Assembly (NCBI GenBank): GCA_045539115.1
Contig: JAZQES010000075.1
Span: 46,015 to 110,014 of the forward strand
Direction: 5' to 3'
Source of the DNA: Candidatus Cryptobacteroides sp.
GTDB lineage: Bacteria; Bacteroidota; Bacteroidia; Bacteroidales; UBA932
DNA length: 64,000 nucleotides
In this document: piece by piece, positions 1 to 9,544 of the stretch
Numbering within the stretch: the first letter of the stretch is position 1
How the letters are laid out: the number at the start of each line of letters is the position of its first letter
Notes under the pieces: generated by a model
Told to the model about the DNA's origin: nothing
Seen by the model: the letters and a program-made list of their open reading frames with translations, nothing else
Databases searched by the model: none
Translations under genes and position numbers: made by a program

Positions 1-1
1 T

Positions 2-718
2 GACATTCTTGCGGAAGTCGATGAACTTCGCAGCAGGATGACTCCGGAGTATGAACACAGGCTTGTCGAGAACATAATTGTCAGGACCCAGGGCTTCGTG
101 AGCGGCAATATCCGTGAGGATGACGAACATCCTGTCGAACTCTTCCGTCAACTTCTCTCGCTTTATGACGGAATCACAAAGGAAACCCTGCGTGAGAACA
201 TGCGTCATTTCCTTTCTGCGATAATGCCGGTGTGCGAGGAATGTGGAATGAACATGTGCGTACATCCTGACGACCCTCCTTTCCCTGTTCTGGGACTGCC
301 TCGCATCGTGACTTCGGATGAAGACATCGAATGGTTCCTGAATGCAGTGGACAATCCTCATAACGGTCTGACTTTCTGTGCCGGATCCTTGTCGGCAGGG
401 GCACATAATGATGTGACGGCTATGGCACTCAAATATGCCTCACGCACACATTTCGTTCATCTCCGTTCGTGCAGGATATTCGAAAACGGAGATTTTACCG
501 AAGCAAGTCATCTCGGTGGCAGAGCGGATATAGTAGAGTTGGTGAAGATCTTCGAAAAGGCCAACCCTAAATTGCCTATGCGTGTCGACCATGGAATGAC
601 AATGCTCGATGACGGGGAAAAAGGATATAATCCGGGCTATTCGTTCCTCGGCAGAATGTTCGCGATGGGACAGATCCAGGGGGTGATTGCTGCAGTTGAC
701 AAGGAACTGGGCTTGTAA
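2..718 (+). CDS. uxuA: Mannonate dehydratase, 5'-truncated by the window edge
   Basis: Frame is open from base 2 (DILAEVDELRSRM...). Contains the UxuA motifs MCVHPDDPP, GLPRIV, NGLTFCAGSL, HFVHLR, MRVDHG and PGYSFLGRMFAMGQIQG. Confidence 0.93.
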   Translation, partial: DILAEVDELRSRMTPEYEHRLVENIIVRTQGFVSGNIREDDEHPVELFRQLLSLYDGITKETLRENMRHFLSAIMPVCEECGMNMCVHPDDPPFPVLGLPRIVTSDEDIEWFLNAVDNPHNGLTFCAGSLSAGAHNDVTAMALKYASRTHFVHLRSCRIFENGDFTEASHLGGRADIVELVKIFEKANPKLPMRVDHGMTMLDDGEKGYNPGYSFLGRMFAMGQIQGVIAAVDKELGL

Positions 719-734
719 AAATGAATACTTTTAT

Positions 735-742
735 TAAATTTG
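735..742 (+). promoter_or_regulatory. Putative Bacteroidetes sigma-A -7 box (TAAATTTG) for xylB-xylA-xylE
   Basis: Exact match to TAnnTTTG, 54 nt upstream of the xylB ATG in an AT-rich spacer. Confidence 0.55.
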
Positions 743-795
743 CCTAATTATAGATAAACAGGCTTTCACAAGTCGACCATAACACTAAAACAACT

Positions 796-2262
796 ATGTA
801 TCTTCTAGGTTACGATATCGGAAGTTCGTCCGTAAAGGCGAGCCTCGTGGACGCACAGACAGGAAAATGCGTCTCATCTGCATTCTATCCTAAATCAGAA
901 GCGGCGATTCTCGCCGTAAAACCGGGCTGGGCCGAGCAGGACCCTGCATCATGGTGGGAAAATCTCAAACTTGCAACTGCCGACATCATGGCTTCATCAG
1001 GAGCGGATCCGAAAGACATCAAGGCTATCGGAATCTCATACCAGATGCATGGCCTCGTATGTGTGGACAAGGACCATAACGTCCTACGTCCTTCAATCAT
1101 ATGGTGTGATTCTCGCGCGGTTCCTTACGGCCAGAAGGCGTTTGATGAAATCGGTCATGAGGCATGCCTCTCGCATCTGCTCAACTCTCCGGGCAACTTC
1201 ACTGCTTCGAAACTTGCATGGGTGAAGGAAAACGAACCTGAACTTTATGCAAAGATCCATAAGATCATGCTTCCGGGCGACTATATCGCGATGAAGTTGA
1301 GCGGTGAGATCTGCACGACTGTCTCAGGCCTTTCAGAAGGAATGATGTGGGATTTCTCAGAAGGCAGGACTGCAAAGATGCTTCTCGACTATTACGGCAT
1401 AGATGAATCCCTCATTCCGGAGATCCGTCCGACATTTGCGGAGCAGGGAAGGGTGAATGCCGCTGCCGCTGCCGAATTGGGCCTTGCAGAAGGAACGCCT
1501 ATCACTTACCGTGCAGGTGACCAGCCTAACAACGCATTGTCACTCAATGTGTTCAATCCTGGTGAAATCGCTTCCACAGCAGGTACGTCAGGTGTCGTAT
1601 ATGGTGTGCTCGGCGAAGTGAACTATGATCCTAAGTCACGCGTCAACACATTCGCGCATGTCAACCATACTGCAGACCAGACACGTCTCGGTGTACTTCT
1701 CTGCATCAATGGAACAGGTATCCTCAACTCATGGATGAAGAGGAATGTGGCACCGGAAGGCATCTCATATGCAGAGATGAACGACCTTGCCGCCACGGCT
1801 CCTATAGGAAGTGCCGGCGTAAGCATCCTTCCTTTCGGAAACGGTGCCGAGCGTATGCTTGAAAACCGCGAGGTAGGCAGTTCGATCCATGGTGTGAACT
1901 TCAATGTACACAGCAAGGCTCATCTTCTCCGTGCCGCTCAGGAGGGAATCGTATTCTCCTTCAAGTATGGAATCGAGATCATGGAGCAGATGGGAATGAC
2001 TGTGAACAAGATACATGCAGGACATGCAAACATGTTCCTCAGCCCGATTTTCCGCGAGACTCTTGCAGGTGTCACCGGTGCTGTCATCGACCTCTATGAC
2101 ACAGATGGTTCTGTCGGAGCCGCGAAGGGTGCAGGCATGGGTGCCGGTATCTATAAGGACAACAACGAGGCATTCTCTACGCTTGAGAAACTTGCAGTGA
2201 TCGAACCTGCGGATACAGAGGCTTATAAGGATGCATACGAAGTGTGGAAATCCCGTCTGTGA
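796..2262 (+). CDS. xylB: Xylulokinase (FGGY family)
   Basis: LGYDIGSSSVKA, GISYQMHG, IIWCDSR, GDQPNNA and STAGTSG motifs; lies directly upstream of xylA. Confidence 0.93.
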   Translation: MYLLGYDIGSSSVKASLVDAQTGKCVSSAFYPKSEAAILAVKPGWAEQDPASWWENLKLATADIMASSGADPKDIKAIGISYQMHGLVCVDKDHNVLRPSIIWCDSRAVPYGQKAFDEIGHEACLSHLLNSPGNFTASKLAWVKENEPELYAKIHKIMLPGDYIAMKLSGEICTTVSGLSEGMMWDFSEGRTAKMLLDYYGIDESLIPEIRPTFAEQGRVNAAAAAELGLAEGTPITYRAGDQPNNALSLNVFNPGEIASTAGTSGVVYGVLGEVNYDPKSRVNTFAHVNHTADQTRLGVLLCINGTGILNSWMKRNVAPEGISYAEMNDLAATAPIGSAGVSILPFGNGAERMLENREVGSSIHGVNFNVHSKAHLLRAAQEGIVFSFKYGIEIMEQMGMTVNKIHAGHANMFLSPIFRETLAGVTGAVIDLYDTDGSVGAAKGAGMGAGIYKDNNEAFSTLEKLAVIEPADTEAYKDAYEVWKSRL

Positions 2263-2324
2263 TGTCATTCTGAGGAACGCAGCTTCTCTCTGTCATTCTG
2301 AGGAGCGCAGCGACGTGAGAATCT
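2263..2324. repeat. GTCAT-tagged REP-like doublet (truncated copy plus full copy)
   Basis: TGTCATTCTGAGGAACGCAGC (2263-2283) is followed by TGTCATTCTGAGGAGCGCAGCGACGTGAGAATCT (2291-2324), with a 28-nt period. Confidence 0.7.
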
Positions 2325-2366
2325 AATAAAAATATTATAAACCAATTAAATATCAATACTGAAACT

Positions 2367-3683
2367 ATGGCAACTAAAGAATTTTTCCCTGGTATCGGCA
2401 AGATCCAGTTTGAAGGCAAAGAAAGCAGAAACCCTATGGCTTTCCGTTACTATGATGCAAACAAGGTAGTCCTCGGCAAGACAATGGCAGAGTGGCTCAA
2501 GTTCTCTATGGCTTGGTGGCACACCCTCTGTGCAGAAGGCGCTGACCAGTTCGGCGGCGGTACAAAGACTTTCCCTTGGAACGGTGCAGAGTGTCCTGTA
2601 CAGGCAGCAAAGGATAAGGTTGACGCTGGATTCGAGTTCATGCAGAAGATGGGAATCGAGTACTATTGCTTCCACGATGTTGACCTCGTTGACGAAGGTG
2701 CAAATGTAGAGGAATATGAGGCTCGTCTTAAGGAAGTCGTTGCATATCTCAAAGAGAAGCAGGCTGAGACCGGCATCAAACTCCTTTGGGGAACAGCAAA
2801 CGTATTCGGCAACAAGAGATATATGAACGGTGCCGCAACAAACCCTGATTTCGACGTTGTAGCACGTGCTGCCGTACAGATTAAGAACGCAATCGACGCT
2901 ACAATCGAACTTGGCGGAACAAACTATGTGTTCTGGGGCGGTCGTGAGGGTTACATGAGCCTTCTCAATACAGACCAGAAGCGTGAGAAGGAGCATCTCG
3001 CAATGATGCTTACCCTTGCACGCGACTATGCACGCTCAAAGGGCTTTACAGGAACATTCCTTATCGAGCCAAAGCCGATGGAACCTACAAAGCATCAGTA
3101 TGATGTTGATACAGAGACTGTCATCGGTTTCCTTAAGGCTCATGGCCTTGACAAGGACTTCAAGGTGAACATCGAGGTGAACCATGCTACTCTCGCAGGT
3201 CACACATTCGAGCATGAACTCGCATGTGCAGTTGATGCCGGCATGCTCGGCTCTATCGACGCTAACCGCGGTGACTATCAGAACGGCTGGGATACAGACC
3301 AGTTCCCGATCGACTCGTTCGACCTTACTCAGGCTATGATGCAGATCATCCGCAACGGTGGCCTCGGCAACGGTGGTACAAACTTCGACGCGAAGACACG
3401 CCGCAACTCAACTGACCTTGAGGACATCTTCATCGCTCATATCGCCGCTATGGATGCTATGGCACGCGCTCTTGAAAATGCTGCCGCTCTTCTCGAAGAG
3501 TCTCCTCTCTGCAAGATGGTTGCCGAGCGTTATGCTTCATTCGACGAAGGTCTCGGAAAGAAGTTCGAGAACGGTGAACTCACTCTCGAGGAGGTTTACG
3601 CTTACGGTAAGGAAGTGAACGAGCCTAAGCAGACTTCAGGCAAGCAGGAACTTTACGAGGCAATCCTCAATATGTACTGCTAG
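2367..3683 (+). CDS. xylA: Xylose isomerase, class II (Bacteroides/Piromyces type)
   Basis: [45 protein letters not shown] and GWDTDQFP motifs; 438 aa. Confidence 0.98.
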   Translation: MATKEFFPGIGKIQFEGKESRNPMAFRYYDANKVVLGKTMAEWLKFSMAWWHTLCAEGADQFGGGTKTFPWNGAECPVQAAKDKVDAGFEFMQKMGIEYYCFHDVDLVDEGANVEEYEARLKEVVAYLKEKQAETGIKLLWGTANVFGNKRYMNGAATNPDFDVVARAAVQIKNAIDATIELGGTNYVFWGGREGYMSLLNTDQKREKEHLAMMLTLARDYARSKGFTGTFLIEPKPMEPTKHQYDVDTETVIGFLKAHGLDKDFKVNIEVNHATLAGHTFEHELACAVDAGMLGSIDANRGDYQNGWDTDQFPIDSFDLTQAMMQIIRNGGLGNGGTNFDAKTRRNSTDLEDIFIAHIAAMDAMARALENAAALLEESPLCKMVAERYASFDEGLGKKFENGELTLEEVYAYGKEVNEPKQTSGKQELYEAILNMYC

Positions 3684-3684
3684 T

Positions 3685-3733
3685 CGTCATCCCCCGCTTG
3701 ACACAACGTCATCCCCGGCTTGACCGGGGATCT
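3685..3733. repeat. CGTC-tagged REP-like doublet (truncated copy plus full palindromic copy)
   Basis: CGTCATCCCCCGCTTGAC (3685-3702) is followed by CGTCATCCCCGGCTTGACCGGGGATCT (3707-3733); the full copy has the stem ATCCCCGG/CCGGGGAT. Confidence 0.75.
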
Positions 3734-3747
3734 ATAATCCATAGACT

Positions 3748-5229
3748 ATGACAAACAATAATGACAAAGGCAGCAAGGGCTATCTCTTTTCGATAGTCCT
3801 TGTCGCCGTTATCGGAGGACTGCTTTTCGGATACGACACTGCAGTCATATCAGGTGCTGAGAAGGGTCTGCAGGCATTCTTCATGGGTGCCAAGGACTTC
3901 AACTACACCGACTTCATGCATGGCATCACTTCATCGAGCGCATTGCTCGGATGTATCATCGGTGCCGCGATTTCAGGAATCTGCGCTTCGAGAATGGGAC
4001 GTAAGAAATCCCTTATCATGGCGGGTGTCTTCTTCTTCCTTTCCGCTCTCGGATCATACAATCCTGAATTTCTCTTCTTCCCTAAGGGCGAGCCTTCATT
4101 CTCTCTTCTCATCGCCTTCAACCTTTACCGAGTGCTCGGTGGTGTCGGCGTAGGTCTTGCTTCTGCAATCTGCCCTATGTATATTGCCGAGGTGGCTCCA
4201 AGCAACCTCCGTGGAACACTTGTTTCGTGGAACCAGTTCGCAATCATCTTCGGCCAGTTGGTCGTATACTTCGTGAACTTCATTATCCTCGGTGACCATA
4301 TCGCACCTGCCATCCAGAAGGTTGCGGAAGGCATCAACCAGATCATGAATCCTGGTGAGGCACAGTGGATGATAGAGACAGGATGGAGATATATGTTTGT
4401 AAGTGAGGCAGTTCCGGCTGGTCTCTTCACTGCTCTTCTTTTCCTCGTTCCTGAGACTCCAAGGTACCTTGCGATGACAGGAAAGGATGATCAGGCCCTC
4501 TACATCCTCAGCAAGATCAACGGACAGAACAAGGCACAGGCTATCCTTGCGGAAATCAAGGAAACCGTATCCGAGAAGACAGAGAAACTCTTCACATACG
4601 GATGGCTTGTCATCTTTGTGGGAATCATGCTCAGCGTATTCCAGCAGGCTGTCGGCATCAATGCAGTCCTCTATTTCGCACCTCGTATATTCGAGTCGCT
4701 CGGTATGGGCAATCCTATGATGCAGACCGTGCTTATGGGTATCGTGAACATCACATTCACCCTCGTGGCCATCTTCACGGTGGAGAAATGGGGCCGCAAG
4801 CCTCTCCTTATCTGGGGATCGCTCGGTATGGCTCTCGGAGCAGCCGGCGTCGCCGTGACAAGTGTCGCTTCCGCTCTTCCTCCTGTTGTGGCTGTCATAA
4901 GCATCATGGTCTACAGCGCATCATTCATGTTCAGTTGGGGCCCTATCTGCTGGGTACTCATCTCTGAGATCTTCCCTAACACCATCCGTGGTGCAGCAGT
5001 TGCGATTGCAGTGGCATTCCAGTGGATCTTCAACTTCATCGTTTCTTCGACCTTCCTCCCTATGTACAACATGAGCCTCGGTAATATGGAGAATTTCGGC
5101 CATGCGTTCACATACGGACTTTACGGAGTAATCTGCATCCTCGCGGCCGTCTTCGTATGGAAACTTGTCCCTGAAACAAAGGGCAAGACCCTCGAGGATA
5201 TGTCAAGACTCTGGAAGAAAGACAAATAG
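3748..5229 (+). CDS. xylE: D-xylose:H+ symporter (MFS sugar porter)
   Basis: GGLLFGYDTAVISG, PMYIAEVAP, WNQFAIIFGQL, PETPR, FQQAVGINAVLY, WVLISEIFP and PETKGKTLE motifs; third gene of the xyl operon. Confidence 0.92.
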   Translation: MTNNNDKGSKGYLFSIVLVAVIGGLLFGYDTAVISGAEKGLQAFFMGAKDFNYTDFMHGITSSSALLGCIIGAAISGICASRMGRKKSLIMAGVFFFLSALGSYNPEFLFFPKGEPSFSLLIAFNLYRVLGGVGVGLASAICPMYIAEVAPSNLRGTLVSWNQFAIIFGQLVVYFVNFIILGDHIAPAIQKVAEGINQIMNPGEAQWMIETGWRYMFVSEAVPAGLFTALLFLVPETPRYLAMTGKDDQALYILSKINGQNKAQAILAEIKETVSEKTEKLFTYGWLVIFVGIMLSVFQQAVGINAVLYFAPRIFESLGMGNPMMQTVLMGIVNITFTLVAIFTVEKWGRKPLLIWGSLGMALGAAGVAVTSVASALPPVVAVISIMVYSASFMFSWGPICWVLISEIFPNTIRGAAVAIAVAFQWIFNFIVSSTFLPMYNMSLGNMENFGHAFTYGLYGVICILAAVFVWKLVPETKGKTLEDMSRLWKKDK

Positions 5230-5256
5230 TATCTTTCGGTACGATTAATGAAATAT

Positions 5257-5292
5257 GTATCCCGGCTATGGTACAATCCGCAGCCGGGATAC
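5257..5292 (+). terminator. Perfect 11-bp stem-loop after xylE (probable terminator)
   Basis: GTATCCCGGCT (5257-5267) pairs with AGCCGGGATAC (5282-5292); 14-nt loop; only a weak T-tract (TTATGTT). Confidence 0.5.
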
Positions 5293-5294
5293 TT

Positions 5295-5753
5295 ATGTTC
5301 AGAAGGTATGTAATTGTCATAATGGCCTCCATGATGATGGCCGCAGGACTGGCGTCGGCACAGACCCCTGTGGAGAAGGTCATTGTAAAATATGAAGATA
5401 CGGAAGGTGCGAGATATTTCCTCGCGCAAGGTGTGAAGATGGCATTTGCCAGAAAACTCATTCAGACCACCCAGATGGCTCCTATCGCGTCCGAGGTTGA
5501 TGAACTTGCGGTCCTGAAGATGGAGAATGCCCCTCAGTACACTCGGGTGAAGTTTGTTGTGGACCTGAATGATGCATTGAAATCATATGAGCATTACGGC
5601 AGACATGAAACGAAGAATGGAGATGTGGACATCTACATTCTTCGTTCAGGACCGGATTCGGTAGAGGAACTTGTCATCTACAATCCGGAAATATTTTCTC
5701 TCAACAGCCTGCACGGCAGTTTCACCGTCTCACAACTGTTGAAACTTGAATGA
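5295..5753 (+). CDS. Secreted hypothetical protein, DUF4252-like
   Basis: Signal peptide MFRRYVIVIMASMMMAAGLASA-Q; about 152 aa. The pattern of KYEDTEG, VDIY, VEELVI and LHGSF resembles DUF4252. Start moved from 5268 to 5295. Confidence 0.55.
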   Translation: MFRRYVIVIMASMMMAAGLASAQTPVEKVIVKYEDTEGARYFLAQGVKMAFARKLIQTTQMAPIASEVDELAVLKMENAPQYTRVKFVVDLNDALKSYEHYGRHETKNGDVDIYILRSGPDSVEELVIYNPEIFSLNSLHGSFTVSQLLKLE

Positions 5754-8300
5754 CGCGGTATATAATTCCCAACCGCAATGTTTCAGGAACCACTGAATGT
5801 CTCCTTCCGATATGCGTGGCTGTCTTTTGAGGATTTCAGGAAGATCGTTGTAGTTCTTCATGAATGCATCAGCGAGTTCTGCGGCCTTTTCAGGTGCATA
5901 CAGGATGGCCTCGTTGATGGTTCCCATCATTGCAAGGTCGTCGATAGGGTCGGCTCCTGTGCGGAACTTGAGTGCCTCAATGCTTCGTGCCATACGTCGT
6001 GAAAGACCTATGAGACCATCAGCGAGTGCCGGCTGGTCATCTGCATATGTGATGACTATGGTCTTTTCTGCAGAACAGTCTTCCACAGGAACGTCGATCA
6101 CGAATGCGAGACCTTCACCGAGATATTCGTAAGGAACATCCTCACCGTTTACAGATACGCTTGAAGGAACCTCGGAAGCGACAACCTTTACCTTGAACTT
6201 CCGTTCGGCAGGCATACCTTCGTAGGAACCCTTGCGAGGTGAGATCGTAACGGTCTGTGCGTTGCCGTTCCATCTGTTTGAAAGACATGTGGTTGCATAT
6301 GACTCAGCATAATCCTTGTCATTTCCGGCATCTTCGTACATCTTGAAATATCCTTCGCCGCCAGGGAATACGGTGACATAGATGTCTTCATCGTTGCTGT
6401 TGAGGTTCTCGACTTCGTCACCATAGAAAGGAAGAACTGAACCGGCCTTCACATATACACCATATTCGTCGAGTGCGAAATGTCGTGTCACGGTCTGTCC
6501 TCCTTCCAGCATTGTACCTGTATGGAGTTCATACCATCTTCCCTCAGGAAGCCAGATCTCCATCTCCGCGAATCCGTCAGTCATAGGTCTGGTGACAGGA
6601 GCGATGAGCATATCGTCGCCGAACATGTACTGGCTGCGGTATTTCACGTCATATGCTTCCTGACATTCAGGCCAGTCATAGTAAAGAGGGCGGCAGAGGG
6701 CTATACCTTCGTCATATCCCTTGCGGGCCATGGTGTAGATGTACGGTGCCATGTCATAGCGCTGACGCACGGTCTTGCGGATTACGTTGGTGTATTCTTC
6801 TGTGAATACCCATGGCTCCTTGTTGAGGGCTCCGCTCTTCGAACTGTGGGTACGCATTACAGGGCTGAATCCGCCGTACTGCAACCACCTTGTGTACATT
6901 TCAGGATCGATGCTGTCACCGAGATGGCCTCCGATGTCGTGGCTCCAATATCCGTAAAGGACATTCGATGCCGTAGAGGTGAAATATGGCTGGAATTCAA
7001 GAGATTTCCATGTGATTGTGGCATCTCCGGAGAATCCGATCTGATAACGGTGGTTTCCGAGTCCGCCCCAACGATAGTAGAGAAGAGGACGCTTGTCGCC
7101 GTTACGGTCCATGTCGCTGAAATAGCAGTAATTTATCCACCAGGTGTTATGGAGACCTGTCAGTTTCGTGTCATAAATATGCTGCTGCCAGTCCAGCCAC
7201 CAGAAATCCACTCCTTCTTTCTGCATAGGATGCATGACCTGCTCGAACATCTTAGTCATGAATTCCTTGTCGGAGTTGATCCATTCGATACGGTCCTTTG
7301 AGGCAGGGTCCTTACCCAGACTTTGAGCAAGGGCAGGGTAGCACTCTTCCCAGTGGTCAAAGCCTTCCGCCGGGTGAAGGTTCAGTGTCACTTTCAGACC
7401 TTCATCTTTCAGATATTCCATGAATCTGCCAGGATTCGGGAAAAGACTCTTGTTCCATGTCCATCCTGTCCATCCTCCGCGGCCTTCGTCAGTATAATGC
7501 CAGTCCATATCCACGACAAGCACATCGAGAGGAATGTCATAAGCATGGAACTTGTCCACCAGAGTTCGCATTTCCTTGTCTGTATATGCCCAGTAGCGGC
7601 TCCACCAGTAACCGAAAGTGAAACGCGGCGGCAGAGGCATCTTGCCTGCAAAGACAGTAAAGTCTTTGAGAGCGGCCTTGTAGTCATGTCCGTATGCCAT
7701 GAAATACCAGTCCTGGCAATCCTTCGACTCTCTTTCCTTCACCCACGCCCAGTCGGAATCATCGAAAAGAAAGTTTTCAGATTCGTCGATGAGTGTCCAT
7801 CCGTCACGTGAGAGGATACCGTCTTCAAACTGGCGTATTTCGCCTTTCTTCATGTCTGAAACCCATCCCTGGGCCTGAAGATCGCCGTCAAGACCGTCCA
7901 GAGTGCGGAATGTACCTTTCAGATTCTCCTTCTGCTTCATTCCCGGTTTCCATGTGAAGAAACCTTCATTTGACTTGATGGTGAGGTTGTTTGAAGTGAA
8001 CTTTCCGCTTCCTATATTATAGGAGAGAGTCATCTTTGAGGTCTCGATCTTGAGATTCCTGCCCGTCTTCCTGACCTTGAAGTCCACCTCAGGATAGTTT
8101 CGTTCTGAAGCAACGAAAGAAGGGGAGTCGGTGAACCTTCCTTCAGGTTCCCATTCAAGTCTGATGACACCGTCTGTGATCACAGTAAAACGTACTGTGG
8201 CATCCTGATAAGCCACATTCTGATTTGTCTGTGCCGACAGGCCTGCCGCAAGAAGCAGAAACAGCGCACAGAATGCCGATCTGATCATGTTTATCTTCAT
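5730..8300 (-). CDS. Secreted glycoside hydrolase family 31 (GH31_u1-like clade) with DUF5110-type C-terminus
   Basis: Signal peptide; GYWWSRY, DVLVVDMDWH, nucleophile region VDFWWLDWQQ, acid/base region IGFSGD, WSHDIGG and QYMFGDDMLIAP. Confidence 0.9.
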   Translation of the reverse strand: MKINMIRSAFCALFLLLAAGLSAQTNQNVAYQDATVRFTVITDGVIRLEWEPEGRFTDSPSFVASERNYPEVDFKVRKTGRNLKIETSKMTLSYNIGSGKFTSNNLTIKSNEGFFTWKPGMKQKENLKGTFRTLDGLDGDLQAQGWVSDMKKGEIRQFEDGILSRDGWTLIDESENFLFDDSDWAWVKERESKDCQDWYFMAYGHDYKAALKDFTVFAGKMPLPPRFTFGYWWSRYWAYTDKEMRTLVDKFHAYDIPLDVLVVDMDWHYTDEGRGGWTGWTWNKSLFPNPGRFMEYLKDEGLKVTLNLHPAEGFDHWEECYPALAQSLGKDPASKDRIEWINSDKEFMTKMFEQVMHPMQKEGVDFWWLDWQQHIYDTKLTGLHNTWWINYCYFSDMDRNGDKRPLLYYRWGGLGNHRYQIGFSGDATITWKSLEFQPYFTSTASNVLYGYWSHDIGGHLGDSIDPEMYTRWLQYGGFSPVMRTHSSKSGALNKEPWVFTEEYTNVIRKTVRQRYDMAPYIYTMARKGYDEGIALCRPLYYDWPECQEAYDVKYRSQYMFGDDMLIAPVTRPMTDGFAEMEIWLPEGRWYELHTGTMLEGGQTVTRHFALDEYGVYVKAGSVLPFYGDEVENLNSNDEDIYVTVFPGGEGYFKMYEDAGNDKDYAESYATTCLSNRWNGNAQTVTISPRKGSYEGMPAERKFKVKVVASEVPSSVSVNGEDVPYEYLGEGLAFVIDVPVEDCSAEKTIVITYADDQPALADGLIGLSRRMARSIEALKFRTGADPIDDLAMMGTINEAILYAPEKAAELADAFMKNYNDLPEILKRQPRISEGDIQWFLKHCGWELYTASFKFQQL

Positions 8301-8302
8301 AT

Positions 8303-9535
8303 TTACTCTATGTTTAGCATGAATGCTTCAAATATTTCCTTATGTGCTCCCGAGAATACGATGTGGTGGTTGCCGACAGGATTCTTCAGGAAATATTCCG
8401 TACATGTCTCCTGAGGATTCTCCTTGAGTCTGAGGTTGATCTGCGTGCGGCAGAGGTCGTTTTCGTACTGGTTGGAAAGAAGGTCCGCTTCGGTACAGAA
8501 ACTTCTGCCCAGGTCGCCGGACACTTTGAATATGGTAGCGTCTCCGACAGGCATTTCGCCGTGAACGGCCACTCCTATGCCGGATTCGAAATGAGTGTTG
8601 AACGAGCGGCTGAGGACCATATTGAACGGAATCGTGCAATGGGCCAGAAGCAGTTCACCTGTCTGGGGATCGATGCGAGATGGGTTTGCCTGGAAACCGC
8701 ATCTGCCGGTAAGAGCCTGACCTATGGTCATTGTCAGCAGGGCAGGAACATCTCCCTCGCATCCTGACGGTATGCCTTCGGAATTGAGCATCGCCAATGC
8801 AAGACAGCCGGTGTTTCCTACGCTGTCGAGCAGGTCGAAACAGCGAAGGGTCAGGCCGGACAGGTTATATCTCGTTACGATATTCTTCAGGGCTACATAT
8901 ATCTTCAATGCTCCTTCTGCATATTTCCTGACGGCTTCGGAAGCATTCTCTTCAAGTTCCTTCCTGATTGCCCGGACCTCATGAGGATATGTGTCCAACT
9001 TGCCGGTTTCTTCAACCAGTTCCTGTATGTTTATGTCAAGAAGGTTGATTCCCAGTTTTTCCTTTACGGCCTTCTTGTCGGCATCGCTCGAAATAAGCCA
9101 GTCAGACGGCTCGCCGATGATGCCCAGGTTCTTGCCGTTCAGAGATTTTCTGGCCTCCGAGACCTTTGCAAGCACATTTATCCTTTCCGAAATATAGGAA
9201 ACGCTGCCGTGCAGGATCTCGCCCTTGCATCCCTGCTGGTTGAGGTACGAAATGATTTCAAGCGAAGCCGCAAGTGAATTGCTCTTGCCCGATGTCAGCA
9301 GCAGGATATTGCCGTCAAGTGTAGGAAAGATCTCTTTGAAGAGCCCTTCTGTTCCTCCGGTGCGGACGAATATGATGTCGAGGTCGCTTTCTCCATATCC
9401 GGAAAAGTCATTTCCCCTGAAATCAAATCTGATTCCAAGCGAATCTTCGATTTCACTGATGAATGCCCCTGAAACAGCATTTACTGCCGCTTCATCATGC
9501 AGGGGAGAGGTGAGGGTATATAAGGCTATGTTCAT
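8303..9535 (-). CDS. L-fucose/L-arabinose isomerase-like protein (410 aa, specificity unknown)
   Basis: Putative metal-ligand motifs RCFDL, GCEGDVPA, LAHCTIP and GNHHIV are ordered as in the AraA/FucI superfamily; no signal peptide. Confidence 0.7.
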   Translation of the reverse strand: MNIALYTLTSPLHDEAAVNAVSGAFISEIEDSLGIRFDFRGNDFSGYGESDLDIIFVRTGGTEGLFKEIFPTLDGNILLLTSGKSNSLAASLEIISYLNQQGCKGEILHGSVSYISERINVLAKVSEARKSLNGKNLGIIGEPSDWLISSDADKKAVKEKLGINLLDINIQELVEETGKLDTYPHEVRAIRKELEENASEAVRKYAEGALKIYVALKNIVTRYNLSGLTLRCFDLLDSVGNTGCLALAMLNSEGIPSGCEGDVPALLTMTIGQALTGRCGFQANPSRIDPQTGELLLAHCTIPFNMVLSRSFNTHFESGIGVAVHGEMPVGDATIFKVSGDLGRSFCTEADLLSNQYENDLCRTQINLRLKENPQETCTEYFLKNPVGNHHIVFSGAHKEIFEAFMLNIE

Positions 9536-9544
9536 AGGTCAAAG

